Positions 17,462 to 26,902 of a DNA stretch of 64,000 nucleotides are shown one piece after another. The notes below the pieces were generated by a model that had not been told where the DNA came from, made no database searches, and saw only the letters and a list, made by a program, of their open reading frames with translations. The position numbers were made by a program, and so were the translations under genes. Position 1 is the stretch's first letter; every line of letters starts with the position of its first letter. The stretch comes from an uncultured Alphaproteobacteria bacterium (GTDB lineage: Bacteria; Pseudomonadota; Alphaproteobacteria; Rhizobiales; Xanthobacteraceae), in the NCBI GenBank assembly GCA_963762285.1, contig CAVXKE010000017.1, positions 97,249 to 161,248 on the forward strand, read 5' to 3'.

Positions 17462-18322
17462 CTATGTCGTTGGTTTGTGAGCCAGCCAGCGGCCGGCTTC
17501 CGCCGATGCGATCAGGTCGGCCACCGCGGCGTTGAAGGCGGCGGGCTCCTCGCTGGTGATTGTATGGCCGGAGCGCGGAACGACGCACAGCCCCGCGGTC
17601 GGCACAATGCGGCGCAAAAACACGCTGGCGTCCACGCACCATTCGTCCTCATCGCCCACCAGCACCAGTAGCGGCGGCTTGAACGCGCGCAGGTCGGCTT
17701 CCATGTCCCACAGCGTCGGCCGCTTGGCCTGCAGATTGTCCATGACCAGCGCGTGGCCCTTGGCCGAATGCTCGCTCAGCATGCGGATGAATTCGACGTA
17801 GCCGCGCGGGTCCTTGTTCTTGTGCGCCCGGCGGGTCGGGCCGTCGCCATAGCGCGCGGCGGCGACAGCCATGGGTTCGCTGGCGAACATCTTCGCCGTC
17901 TCGCGGGAGGCGGCGCGCGAAGCGTCGACCACCTTGGGATCGGGGCTGGAGCCGTAGCCGCAGCCGGCGGCGGTCACCGAGATGCAGCGCTCCGGATAGT
18001 TGATGCCGACATGCAGCGCGGTCGCCGCCCCCATCGAATGGCCGACAATATGCGCCTTGTCGATCTTGAGCGCATCCATCAGCGCGATGACGTCGTCGCG
18101 GAATTTGTCCTGGCTGTATCTGTCCGGCTCGTCCGGCACGTCGGAGGGCAAGTAGCCACGCTGGCTGTAGGTGACACAGCGATGCGCACGCGAGAAGTGC
18201 CGCACCTGCGGCTCCCAGGTACGCCAGTCGCCGGCATATTCATGCACGAAGACCACGGCTGTGCCGTGGCCCGCTTCCTCGTAATACAGCCGAGTGCCGT
18301 CGCGCGCTGTGATATAGGGCAT
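17462..18322 (-). CDS. Alpha/beta fold hydrolase
   Basis: GHSMG nucleophile elbow, GDEDE, SGH. Confidence 0.9.
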   Translation of the reverse strand: MPYITARDGTRLYYEEAGHGTAVVFVHEYAGDWRTWEPQVRHFSRAHRCVTYSQRGYLPSDVPDEPDRYSQDKFRDDVIALMDALKIDKAHIVGHSMGAATALHVGINYPERCISVTAAGCGYGSSPDPKVVDASRAASRETAKMFASEPMAVAAARYGDGPTRRAHKNKDPRGYVEFIRMLSEHSAKGHALVMDNLQAKRPTLWDMEADLRAFKPPLLVLVGDEDEWCVDASVFLRRIVPTAGLCVVPRSGHTITSEEPAAFNAAVADLIASAEAGRWLAHKPTT

Positions 18323-18325
18323 ACA

Positions 18326-19174
18326 TCAGCCCCGCATAATCGCCTTGGCGGCGTCGCCGACGGCTTCCACCGACATGTCGGTATCGAGGAAGCAGACGAT
18401 GCGGCAGGGGCAGCCTTCCAGGCCCTCGTATCGCCAGGGGAAGGCGCCGATCAGGCAACGCTTGCCCAGCATCAATTCGATATCGCCGCCGAGATTCTCC
18501 GCGTGCAACAGACCTTCCTGAAACGCCCAACTGTGGAACGGAAACGAATCCTGCGTCACCCGGCGGCCGGATTTCTTGTGGGTGTATTCGAAGCTGCCGA
18601 AGAATTCCGCCGGCGTCTTGCCGTGCTGCCTGGTGAACTGCGCGGCCAGATCGGGCCGCATGCTGCGGATCGAGGTGTTCATGGCGTGGTCGCAGGAACC
18701 GGTATCCATGCCCCACCATTTGATCTTTTTCTTCAGCATCCAGTGCAGCGTGTCGAGATTGGGCCCGGGGTGATAGCAGAAGTACTTCACCAGATCCTGC
18801 TGCGGCTGGCCTTCATAGTGCTTATGCCAGCCGGTGTGCAGAATGAGGATGTCGCCCTCGCGGATATCGGCGCCAGCCAACTCGACGATTTCAGGCGTGA
18901 TCACCGCCCAATCGTGCATATGATTTGAAACGTCGACGATTACGCCGCGGTTGACCAGATAATCGAGCGGCAAATGCGCCATGTCGCCCTTGCGGTTATC
19001 GGTCGCGTGCATGGCGCCGTCGAAATGGGTGCCGACATGGAGCGCGGTATCGATGCGCTGCGCCACGATCATCTGGGTCTGCAGGTTTTGAGCGTAGTAC
19101 ATCTTGTTGCCGGCATAGCCGACCCAGCCGGGCGTATGCACGTTCATGACATGGGAGAGATCGACGATTTTCAT
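18326..19174 (-). CDS. Cyclase family protein (kynurenine formamidase/isatin hydrolase-like)
   Basis: HVGTHFDGAMH motif, DTGSCD, HAENL. Confidence 0.88.
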   Translation of the reverse strand: MKIVDLSHVMNVHTPGWVGYAGNKMYYAQNLQTQMIVAQRIDTALHVGTHFDGAMHATDNRKGDMAHLPLDYLVNRGVIVDVSNHMHDWAVITPEIVELAGADIREGDILILHTGWHKHYEGQPQQDLVKYFCYHPGPNLDTLHWMLKKKIKWWGMDTGSCDHAMNTSIRSMRPDLAAQFTRQHGKTPAEFFGSFEYTHKKSGRRVTQDSFPFHSWAFQEGLLHAENLGGDIELMLGKRCLIGAFPWRYEGLEGCPCRIVCFLDTDMSVEAVGDAAKAIMRG

Positions 19175-19214
19175 TGCCAAATCCCGACACTGAGAATTGC
19201 TTCAGCTTAATCGA

Positions 19215-19958
19215 TCATAACAGACCGCGAAGGGCTAGATGTGCGCCAAGCAATAATAAACCGGCGAAGAAAAAGAAACGGAATGTCTCCGGCCGCACCC
19301 GCCCGCGCATAAATTGCCCGAGTGCCATCCCGATCAGTGCCGACGCCAGCGCCATCAGCGAAATCCCCACCTCGGAAAGTTGCAGCATCCCCGTACTCAT
19401 CAGTGCGGCGCCGAGCGTTGCCGTTGAAACGGTGAACGACAATCCGAGCGCCTGCACCAGATCGTCTTTGTCCAAGCCGAGCGCCTGTAGATAGGGCACA
19501 GCCGGCATGGTGAAAATTCCGGTTGCACCCGTCACGACGCCCGTCGCCAAACCGATCAGCGGCGACAACCAGAATTCCGACCTCGGCGGCACCGAGAAGT
19601 GCACTTTGCTTAAGCCGAATGCGGCATAGGCCACAAGCGCAACACCGAGCGCGGCGCTCGCCCAACCGCTGCTGCTGCCGGTCAGAATGCCGGCGCTCGC
19701 CCAGGTGCCGAGGCAAATTCCAATGAGCATCGGCCACAGCCGCCGCAACAGGCGAAACAGACCGGGCCCCACCACTGACTGCCAGACATTCGTGACCAGT
19801 GACGGCAAGATCAGAATCGCCGCCGCCTGCGCCGGCGCCATCATCAAGCCAAGCAGGCCAATGCCTACGGTCGGCAGGCCCAGCCCAATCACACCTTTGA
19901 TAAATCCCGCGAGCAGAAAGATGCCAGCGATTTCGGCTAGGCGTGGCAACGCGTCCAC
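19215..19958 (-). CDS. TauE/SafE family exporter
   Basis: AGFIKGVIGLGLP, multiple TM segments; GTG start after AGGAG. Confidence 0.85.
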   Translation of the reverse strand: MDALPRLAEIAGIFLLAGFIKGVIGLGLPTVGIGLLGLMMAPAQAAAILILPSLVTNVWQSVVGPGLFRLLRRLWPMLIGICLGTWASAGILTGSSSGWASAALGVALVAYAAFGLSKVHFSVPPRSEFWLSPLIGLATGVVTGATGIFTMPAVPYLQALGLDKDDLVQALGLSFTVSTATLGAALMSTGMLQLSEVGISLMALASALIGMALGQFMRGRVRPETFRFFFFAGLLLLGAHLALRGLL

Positions 19959-20192
19959 TGGCGCTCCTATCGGCTTGGGCCGGCGAACCCTGCGCGCTGC
20001 CATGCTCCCGGACAATGCGGCAAACTGCAACCCAGGCTTTGATTTTGGCGAAGCCCGTTCGTTGCCGCGGCCATCTATTCAATGCCATACTTTTGCGCCG
20101 CTGGCCGCAACACGGCGCGGCCGATGAACTTGCAACCGCCCGCGCAAAAGCCGGGGCGGGCCGCCGAACGAGCGGCAACCAGGGAGGACAAC

Positions 20193-21176
20193 ATGCGTGC
20201 CGTTCTGGCTTTGATGTCGGCGGGTCTGCTGTACGCGTCCGGCGCTTGGTCGCAGGCTTGGGCGCAGGACGCCGCCGCCAACTATCCCAACCGGCCGATC
20301 CACATCATCGTCTGCGTGCCCGCGGGCGGCGGCGTCGATACCGTCACGCGCATCGTCGCCGACGGCCTGCAGACGCGGCTCGGCCAGACCGTCGTGGTCG
20401 AAAACAAGGCCGGCGCCGCCGGCAATATCGGCGCCGAGGCGGTGTTCACCGCCGATCCGGACGGCTACACGCTCTTGGCGGCGCAGCCGGCGCCGCTCAC
20501 GGTCAATCCGCTGCTCTACAAGAACATGAGCTTCGATCCCACCCGGTTCGAGCCGGTGGCGATCATGACCTCGATCGCCAATGTGCTGCTGGTGCGGCCG
20601 GATTTCCCGGCCAAGACCGCGCAGGAATTCATCGCCTACGCCAAGGCCAATCCCGGCAAGATCAATTATGCCTCGCAAGGGATCGGCACCACCTCGCATC
20701 TGACCGCGGCGCTGTTCGAGCGGCTGACCGGCAGCAAGCTGGTGCACGTGCCCTACAAGGGCACCGCGCCGGCGCTCAACGATCTGATCGCCAGCCATGT
20801 CGACATGATCTTCATGGAGCTCGCCTCGGCGATCAAACTGCACCAGGCCGGCCGCGCCCATATCCTGGCAGTGGCGACCTCCGCGCGCATCGCGAGCCTG
20901 CCCGACATCCCCACGCTCAACGAGGTCGGCGTGAAGGGTTTTGAGTCCGGCACCTGGAATGCCATCGCCGCGCCGCCGAAGACGCCGCGGACAATCGTCG
21001 GCAAGCTCAACAAGGCGATCAACGAGGTGCTGACGGACCCGGAGGTGCAGGACAAATTCAACAAGCTCAACCTGCACGCCGCCGGCGGCACGCCCGCGCA
21101 TGCCGCGGCCTTCATCAAGAATGAGACGCAGGTCTGGGGCGAGGTGATCAAAGAGGCGCATGTCCCGGCGCATTAA
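20193..21176 (+). CDS. Tripartite tricarboxylate transporter substrate-binding protein (Bug/TctC)
   Basis: YPNRPIHIIV..AGGGVD, VENKAGAAGNIG, DGYTLL, VPYKG. Confidence 0.92.
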   Translation: MRAVLALMSAGLLYASGAWSQAWAQDAAANYPNRPIHIIVCVPAGGGVDTVTRIVADGLQTRLGQTVVVENKAGAAGNIGAEAVFTADPDGYTLLAAQPAPLTVNPLLYKNMSFDPTRFEPVAIMTSIANVLLVRPDFPAKTAQEFIAYAKANPGKINYASQGIGTTSHLTAALFERLTGSKLVHVPYKGTAPALNDLIASHVDMIFMELASAIKLHQAGRAHILAVATSARIASLPDIPTLNEVGVKGFESGTWNAIAAPPKTPRTIVGKLNKAINEVLTDPEVQDKFNKLNLHAAGGTPAHAAAFIKNETQVWGEVIKEAHVPAH

Positions 21177-21263
21177 TGCGCCCCGCGCTGGAACCGACGA
21201 TCGGGTTGCGCGTCAGCGCGGTGGCATGACATTCTGCTCGCTCCTGAATATCGAGGATATGTC

Positions 21264-22160
21264 ATGGCCGGTCCGATGATTCCCAAAGAACGCTCCGCCT
21301 ATTCGGCGATCGTCGATCGCCCGCCGCTCAAACTGCCGGGCAAGGCGCGCATCGTGTTCTGGACCATCGTCAATTACGAGGTGTGGGACATCGGCAAGCC
21401 GATGGCGCGCCAACTGCTCCCGGCGCCGACCGGCGTGCCGCTGATGCCCGACGTGGTGCATTGGGGCTTCCACGAATACGGCATGCGGGTCGGCTGCTGG
21501 CGCTTCTTCGACTTGTTCAAGCGGCTCGGCATCAAGCCGACGCTCGCCGCCAATGCGCGCATCTGCGAGGATTACCCGCGCGTCGCCGAACAGGCGCGCG
21601 ACGACGGCTGGGAGTTCATGGGCCACGCCTACGAGCAGGGCCCGATCCACAAGGAGGCCGACCAGGCCGGCATGATCGCCCGCACCATGGACATCATGCA
21701 GAAATTCACCGGCAAGCGGCCGGTCGGCTGGCTCGGCCCCGGCCTGACGCAGACGCTGGAAACGCCCGACCTGCTGGCCGCGGCGGGCGTGAAATATATC
21801 GGCGACTGGGTCTATGACGACGAGCCGACGGTGATCAAGACCACCCATGGCCCGCTGGTGACGCTGCCTTACACCATCGAGTGCAACGACATTCCGGTGA
21901 TGATCGTCCAGCACCACAACAGCGACTATCTGCTCAAGCTGGTGACCGACCAGTTCGACCGGCTCTATGCCGAGAGCGAAAGCAGAGCGAAATTCTGCGC
22001 GCTGGCGATCCACCCCTACATCAGCGGCCAGCCGCACCGGATCAAATATCTCGAGGCGATCTACGACTACGTGAACAAGCACGAGGGCGTGCTGCACTGG
22101 AACGGCGAGCAGATTCTCGACTGGTATCGCAGCGTTGCCAAGATCGAGGCCGCTGCCTAA
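21264..22160 (+). CDS. Polysaccharide deacetylase family, PuuE-like cyclic amide hydrolase (copy 1)
   Basis: RPPLKLPGKAR, NYE, HEYGMRVG, GWLGPGL, ND, IHPY. Confidence 0.85.
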   Translation: MAGPMIPKERSAYSAIVDRPPLKLPGKARIVFWTIVNYEVWDIGKPMARQLLPAPTGVPLMPDVVHWGFHEYGMRVGCWRFFDLFKRLGIKPTLAANARICEDYPRVAEQARDDGWEFMGHAYEQGPIHKEADQAGMIARTMDIMQKFTGKRPVGWLGPGLTQTLETPDLLAAAGVKYIGDWVYDDEPTVIKTTHGPLVTLPYTIECNDIPVMIVQHHNSDYLLKLVTDQFDRLYAESESRAKFCALAIHPYISGQPHRIKYLEAIYDYVNKHEGVLHWNGEQILDWYRSVAKIEAAA

Positions 22161-22213
22161 AGTGGGCGCCCGCCCAAAAGATCAAAAACCGGGCGCCAAG
22201 CGGGAGGAACCAC

Positions 22214-23228
22214 ATGCAGCTCACGGCGACACTCCGCGGCATCGTTGCCGCAGCGGTAATGGTCGTGCCGCTTTCATCGGCCGCGGTGCAGGCGCAGGAA
22301 ATTCGTCTCGCCCGGCAATTTTCCATGGGCTACCTGCAGCTCAACGTGATGGAGCATCAGCAGCTCATCGAGAAGCACGCCAAGGCGCTCGGCCTTCCGA
22401 ACGTCAAGGTTTCGTGGTTCACCTTCAACGGCCCGACCGCGGTCAACGAAGCGCTCATTTCCGGAAACATCGACGTCGGCTCGGGCGGCGTGCCCGGCCT
22501 GCTGGTGCTGTGGTCGCGCACCAAGGGCACCCCGCAAGAGGTGCGCGGTATTTCCGCGCTGAGCTCGCAGCCGTTCCTGCTCAATGCGCGCGATCCCGCC
22601 ATCAAGACCATCAGCGATTTCAAGGACAGCGACCGCATCGCGGTGCCGGCGGTGCGCTCGTCGGTACAAGCCATCACTTTGCAGATGGCGGCGGCCAAGA
22701 CCTTCGGCGTCAAGGAATTCGCCAAGCTCGATCCGCTGACCGTTTCGATGACGCCGCCCGACGCCACCGTCGCGCTGACCAAAGGCGGCGCCCAGATCAG
22801 CGCCGCGTTCAGCGTGCCGCCGTTCCAGTATGTGCAGCTCGAAACGCCCGGCATTCACACGGTGCTCAATTCGTTCGACGTGATGGGCGGCTCGCACACC
22901 TTCACCGCCGCCTGGACCTCGGCAAAATTCCGCGACGGCAATCCGGTGCTGTACAAGGCGCTGATCGCGGCGCTCAAGGAAGCGACCGACATCGTCAACA
23001 AGGACAAGCCCGCGGCCGCGGCGCTGTGGATCGAGGATTCCAAGTCGAAGCTCGCGCCCGAGATGGTCGGCAAGATCGTCGCCGGCGTCGCAGGTGCATT
23101 GGACGCTTGTTCCCGAGAACACCATGAAATATGCCGACTTCATGGCGAGCGTCGGCACGCTCAAGGCGAAGCCGGCGTCCTGGAAGGACTATTTCTTTCC
23201 CGAGATTTACGATCTCAATGGGAGCTGA
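22214..23228 (+). CDS. NMT1/SsuA-type ABC substrate-binding protein; +1 frameshift ~23088
   Basis: Signal peptide; RQFSMGYL, NEALISG; C-terminus WKDYFFPEIYDLNGS* in the next frame. Confidence 0.85.
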
Positions 23229-23237
23229 CATCTCGCT

Positions 23238-23331
23238 GTCGTCCCCGCGAAAGCGGGGACCCATACGCCGCGGCCTCTCTATAGGACACGGAGTATGGGT
23301 CCCGGGCCTCGCTTCGCTCGCCCGGGACGAC
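23238..23331. repeat. REP-like element (GTCGTCCCCGCGAAAGCGGGGACCCATAC...GTATGGGTCCC...GGGACGAC)
   Basis: Inverted arms with hairpins. Confidence 0.85.
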
Positions 23332-23362
23332 GTTTAAAATAACAAACTGAGGAATGCCTTTT

Positions 23363-24268
23363 ATGAACTTCCCCAAGCCACCCGTCGGCATGCTGCCGAA
23401 CGACCGCCTCGCCTATTCCGCGATCATCAACCGCAAGCCGCTCAAGCTGCCCGGCAAGGCGCGCATGGCGGTGTGGACCGTCACCAATGTCGAGGAATGG
23501 GACCCGACCCAGACCATGCCGCGCACGGTGCTCACCCCGCCGGCCGGCGGCTCGCCGATGCCCGACATTCCGAACTGGTGCTGGCACGAATACGGCAACC
23601 GCGTCGGTTTCTGGCGGCTGCTGCAGGTCTATGACGAGTTCAAGATTCCCGGCGTCATGAACATCAACGGCGTCGCCGTCGATGCGTTTCCCGACATCAT
23701 GCGCGCTTGCGTCGAGCGCAACTGGGAATTCGTCGGGCACGGGCTCACCCAGCGCAACATGCAGAAGGTGGAAAACGAGCGCGCCGACATCCGCAAATGC
23801 ATCGAGGTGCTGGAGAAGGCGACCGGCAAACGCCCGCGCGGCTGGCTCGGCCCCGGCCTGACCGAGACCTGGGAGACGCCGGACGTGCTGGCCGAGGAAG
23901 GCTACGACTACGTCGCCGACTGGGTGCTGGACGACCAGCCGGTCTGGCTGAAGACGCGCGGCAAGCCGATCCTCAACATTCCCTACACCCAGGAATGCAA
24001 CGACGTCGCCATGATGCTGATCCAGCACCACAAGGCGAACGAGTTCTACGAGCGGGCGATGGACCAGTTCGAGCAGATCTACAAGGACGCCAAGGGCTCG
24101 GCGCGGGTGATGGCGATTTCGGTGCACCCCTACATTATGGGCGCGCCGCACCGGGCCAAGTATTTCCGCAAGATCTTCGAGAAGATCAGGAAGAAGACGG
24201 ACGTGCTGTTCTGGACCGGGTCGCAGATCGCGGACTGGTACATGAAGGCGGGGCCGAAAGCGCCCTGA
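23363..24268 (+). CDS. Polysaccharide deacetylase family, PuuE-like cyclic amide hydrolase (copy 2)
   Basis: RKPLKLPGKAR, NVEEW, HEYGNRVG, GWLGPGL, VHPY. Confidence 0.85.
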   Translation: MNFPKPPVGMLPNDRLAYSAIINRKPLKLPGKARMAVWTVTNVEEWDPTQTMPRTVLTPPAGGSPMPDIPNWCWHEYGNRVGFWRLLQVYDEFKIPGVMNINGVAVDAFPDIMRACVERNWEFVGHGLTQRNMQKVENERADIRKCIEVLEKATGKRPRGWLGPGLTETWETPDVLAEEGYDYVADWVLDDQPVWLKTRGKPILNIPYTQECNDVAMMLIQHHKANEFYERAMDQFEQIYKDAKGSARVMAISVHPYIMGAPHRAKYFRKIFEKIRKKTDVLFWTGSQIADWYMKAGPKAP

Positions 24269-24270
24269 CT

Positions 24271-24364
24271 CGTCATTCCGGGGCGCGCGAGCGAGACCCG
24301 GAATCCAGATGCTGGTACCGTGGCTCTGGATTCGGGTTCGCGCCTTGGCGCGCCCGGAATGACG
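24271..24364. repeat. REP-like element, family A
   Basis: CGTCATTCCGGGGCGCG...CGCGCCCGGAATGACG. Confidence 0.85.
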
Positions 24365-24420
24365 GGAAGAACAACGCCCGCCCCTTGGTTTCGCCGGCGC
24401 GGTGGATTATCGATTAAGCC

Positions 24421-25116
24421 ATGGACGCCCATTTCCTCGACAAGAAGACCATCGCCGAACAGACCGCGCGCATGTATCTCGACACCGGCGCGGTCCGCTT
24501 CATGGCCGACAAGCCGTTCATCTTCACCTCCGGCTGGGCCAGTCCGGTCTATAACGACTCGCGCTGGCTGATTTCATTTCCCAAGGTGCGCAGCGCCATG
24601 ATGGATTTCGCGGTCGCCACCATCGACCGCGACATCGGCCGCGACAAGATCGATGCGGTGGCGGGCGGCGAGACCGCCGGCATCGCCTTCGCGGCCTGGG
24701 TGGCCGATCGGCTCAACCTGCCGATGCAATATGTCCGCAAGAAAGCCAAAGGCTTCGGCCGCAACGCGCAGATCGAAGGTCAGTTAATCCCCGGCCAGCG
24801 CGTGCTGCTGGTCGAGGACCTGGCCACCGACGGCCGCAGCAAAGTGAACTTCGTCAAGGCGCTGCGCGATGCCGGCGGCATCTGCGAGCACTGCATCGTG
24901 CTGTTCTTCTATGACATTTATCCGGAAGGCAAAAAAATCCTGGCCGATCTCGGCGTCACGCTGCATGCGCTCACCACCTGGCGCGACGTGCTCGCCGTCG
25001 CCAAGCAGAGCGGAAAATTCGACGGCAAGATGCTGGCCGAGGTGGAGAAATTCATCGACGATCCGGCCGGCTGGTCGAAGGCGCACGGCGGCGTGGCAAC
25101 CGCGGCGGATAGATAG
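24421..25116 (+). CDS. pyrE: Orotate phosphoribosyltransferase
   Basis: [26 protein letters not shown] motif [10 protein letters not shown]. Confidence 0.92.
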   Translation: MDAHFLDKKTIAEQTARMYLDTGAVRFMADKPFIFTSGWASPVYNDSRWLISFPKVRSAMMDFAVATIDRDIGRDKIDAVAGGETAGIAFAAWVADRLNLPMQYVRKKAKGFGRNAQIEGQLIPGQRVLLVEDLATDGRSKVNFVKALRDAGGICEHCIVLFFYDIYPEGKKILADLGVTLHALTTWRDVLAVAKQSGKFDGKMLAEVEKFIDDPAGWSKAHGGVATAADR

Positions 25117-25711
25117 CGAACACCGTCGATGCCGGCGTGACGAGCATACGCCTGTTCATTCCCGCGAAAGCGGAATCAAGACGTGGATCCGCTGCCCTTG
25201 GGTCCCCGCTGCGCGGCGACGAACGGCTGCTGATCGCCAGTTTCCGCTGCAACCGCGTCACCGCCAGATCGAGCGCCGACAGAAAGCGCGAGAGATCCTG
25301 ACGCGACAACGGCGGCGGACCGCGCGTGGTCGCGCCGGCGCTGCGCAGATCGGTCAGCAGGTCGCGCGTGGCCAAAGCCATGCCGATCGAATCGTCGGTG
25401 AACGGCTTGCCGGTCGGCCCGATCACGGTCGCCCCCTTGCGCACGCAGCGGCCGGCCAGCGGAATGTCGGCGGTGATGACGATGTCGCTGGCGGTCGCGC
25501 GCTCGACGATCCAGTCATCGGCCACATCGGGGCCTTCGTTGACGATCACCCGCTCGATCAGGTCGCTGCGCGGAACCGCCATGAACGCGTTGGCCACCAC
25601 ATAGACCTTGAGCGCGTAGCGCTCGGCCACCCGATAAATCTCGGGTTTGACCGGACAGGCATCGGCATCGACAAAGATGCGGATGGCCGGAGGCGATTTA
25701 AGGTCTTCCAT
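25052..25711 (-). CDS. YaiI/YqxD (DUF188) family protein; 3' end reads through a REP element
   Basis: [27 protein letters not shown]; family-like sequence ends near 25235. Confidence 0.85.
   Translation of the reverse strand: MEDLKSPPAIRIFVDADACPVKPEIYRVAERYALKVYVVANAFMAVPRSDLIERVIVNEGPDVADDWIVERATASDIVITADIPLAGRCVRKGATVIGPTGKPFTDDSIGMALATRDLLTDLRSAGATTRGPPPLSRQDLSRFLSALDLAVTRLQRKLAISSRSSPRSGDPRAADPRLDSAFAGMNRRMLVTPASTVFAIYPPRLPRRRAPSTSRPDRR
25152..25226. repeat. Degenerate REP-like element, family B
   Basis: CTGTTCATTCCCGCGAAAGCGGAATC...TGGGTCCCCGCTGCGCGGCGACGAACGG. Confidence 0.75.
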
Positions 25712-25758
25712 GCGGTCGGCGATCGTGTACCAATCCAAGTCAATCAAGGGAGGCATCC

Positions 25759-26247
25759 ATGGCCAAGGCACGCAAGAAAGTCCAGGCGCGGCGCAAACCG
25801 GCCGCGCGCAAAGCACCCGCGCGGCGCACGGCGAAAGCAAAAGCCAAGGCGCGGCCCAAGAATCGTCCCAAGCACAAATTCACCGTCAGCCATCACCGCG
25901 AGGAGGATTTCGACCAAGGCCTGCGCACTTATTCGGCCTATCGCGACCTTGGGCTCGCGCCGGCAACCGGCGGCATGGTGCAGGCGCATGTCATTCGCAT
26001 GACCAAGCCGTTCAGCGCCGCGGAGGTCGCCATTCCGCATTATCACGACGTCGACTTCCAGATGGTCTATGTGCTCAAGGGCTGGTTCTCGAGCGAATTC
26101 GAGGGCGAAGGCGTGCACACCTTCCATGCCGGCTCGTGCTGGATCCAGCCGCCCAAGATCAAGCATACCGTGCGCGGCTATTCCGACGATTGCGAACTGC
26201 TCGAGATCGTGCTGCCGGCCGACTTCGAGACCGTGACGCTGGCTTGA
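25759..26247 (+). CDS. Cupin domain protein with Lys/Arg/Ala-rich N-terminal tail
   Basis: [22 protein letters not shown]; GGAGG RBS. Confidence 0.85.
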   Translation: MAKARKKVQARRKPAARKAPARRTAKAKAKARPKNRPKHKFTVSHHREEDFDQGLRTYSAYRDLGLAPATGGMVQAHVIRMTKPFSAAEVAIPHYHDVDFQMVYVLKGWFSSEFEGEGVHTFHAGSCWIQPPKIKHTVRGYSDDCELLEIVLPADFETVTLA

Positions 26248-26300
26248 GCGAAGCCAAGCGCCATCGCCCGTATTCTTTGCGGCCCCGGGCAGGCCGTATT

Positions 26301-26330
26301 TCCGCCTTCGCCCTTGCGGGCTTCGGCGGA
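26301..26330. repeat. Short REP-like hairpin TCCGCCTTCGCCCTTGCGGGCTTCGGCGGA
   Basis: Imperfect palindrome. Confidence 0.55.
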
Positions 26331-26339
26331 CAACCGTTG

Positions 26340-26645
26340 CCCTCGCCCGAAAGCGAGGGGATGGCGCGCCGATGGGCGCGGCCATTGCAGTTCATGCACG
26401 CACCGTCTCCGAGTGCGTGGCGCCTCTCGGCGCGCCATCGCGGCGTCCTTACGGCGCCGGGCCGCGCTTTCTGACGGGCGTTGACGCCCGCCGTCAGCGA
26501 GCTCCTCGCAGGGGGTCGTAGTGTCCCCGGGCGGAGCCCCGGCGCCGCCCGGGAGCGGGAGGAGCGTTCGTCTCCCGCCCGCGGGCGCCGCGCCCTGCTC
26601 CATCATTTAGACGCCTCTAGATGACGCCCTCAGCCGAGCAAGGCT
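26340..26645. ncRNA. Highly structured multi-stem non-coding element (candidate ncRNA or structured repeat)
   Basis: At least 8 nested complementary segments, e.g. GATGGCGCGCCGA/TCGGCGCGCCATC and CGGCGCCGGG/CCCGGCGCCG; no credible ORF. Confidence 0.45.
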
Positions 26646-26743
26646 GCGGCCATGATAAGGCCGCCCGGACAAGCGGGGATAAGTTTTCCGTCGAGTTTTG
26701 TCGGCGTGTAGCGCCGGCGCCACAGGCAGCGTCACGCTGCCTG

Positions 26744-26902
26744 TTATTCCGCCGGCCGTTCGATATCGTCGTCGGACAGCACGCGCAGCGCGGCGCCCTC
26801 GACGTCGCTGTATTGCCCGCTGCGCAACGCCCACAGGAACGCGAACAGGCCGATCAGGCCGAGACCGATGGCGGCGGGCAGCAGGTAAACCAGTACGTTC
26901 AT
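26744..26902 (-). CDS. fixS: cbb3 oxidase maturation protein FixS/CcoS
   Basis: Hand translation MNVLVYLLPAAIGLGLIGLFAFLWALRSGQYSDVEGAALRVLSDDDIERPAE*. Confidence 0.92.
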   Translation of the reverse strand: MNVLVYLLPAAIGLGLIGLFAFLWALRSGQYSDVEGAALRVLSDDDIERPAE

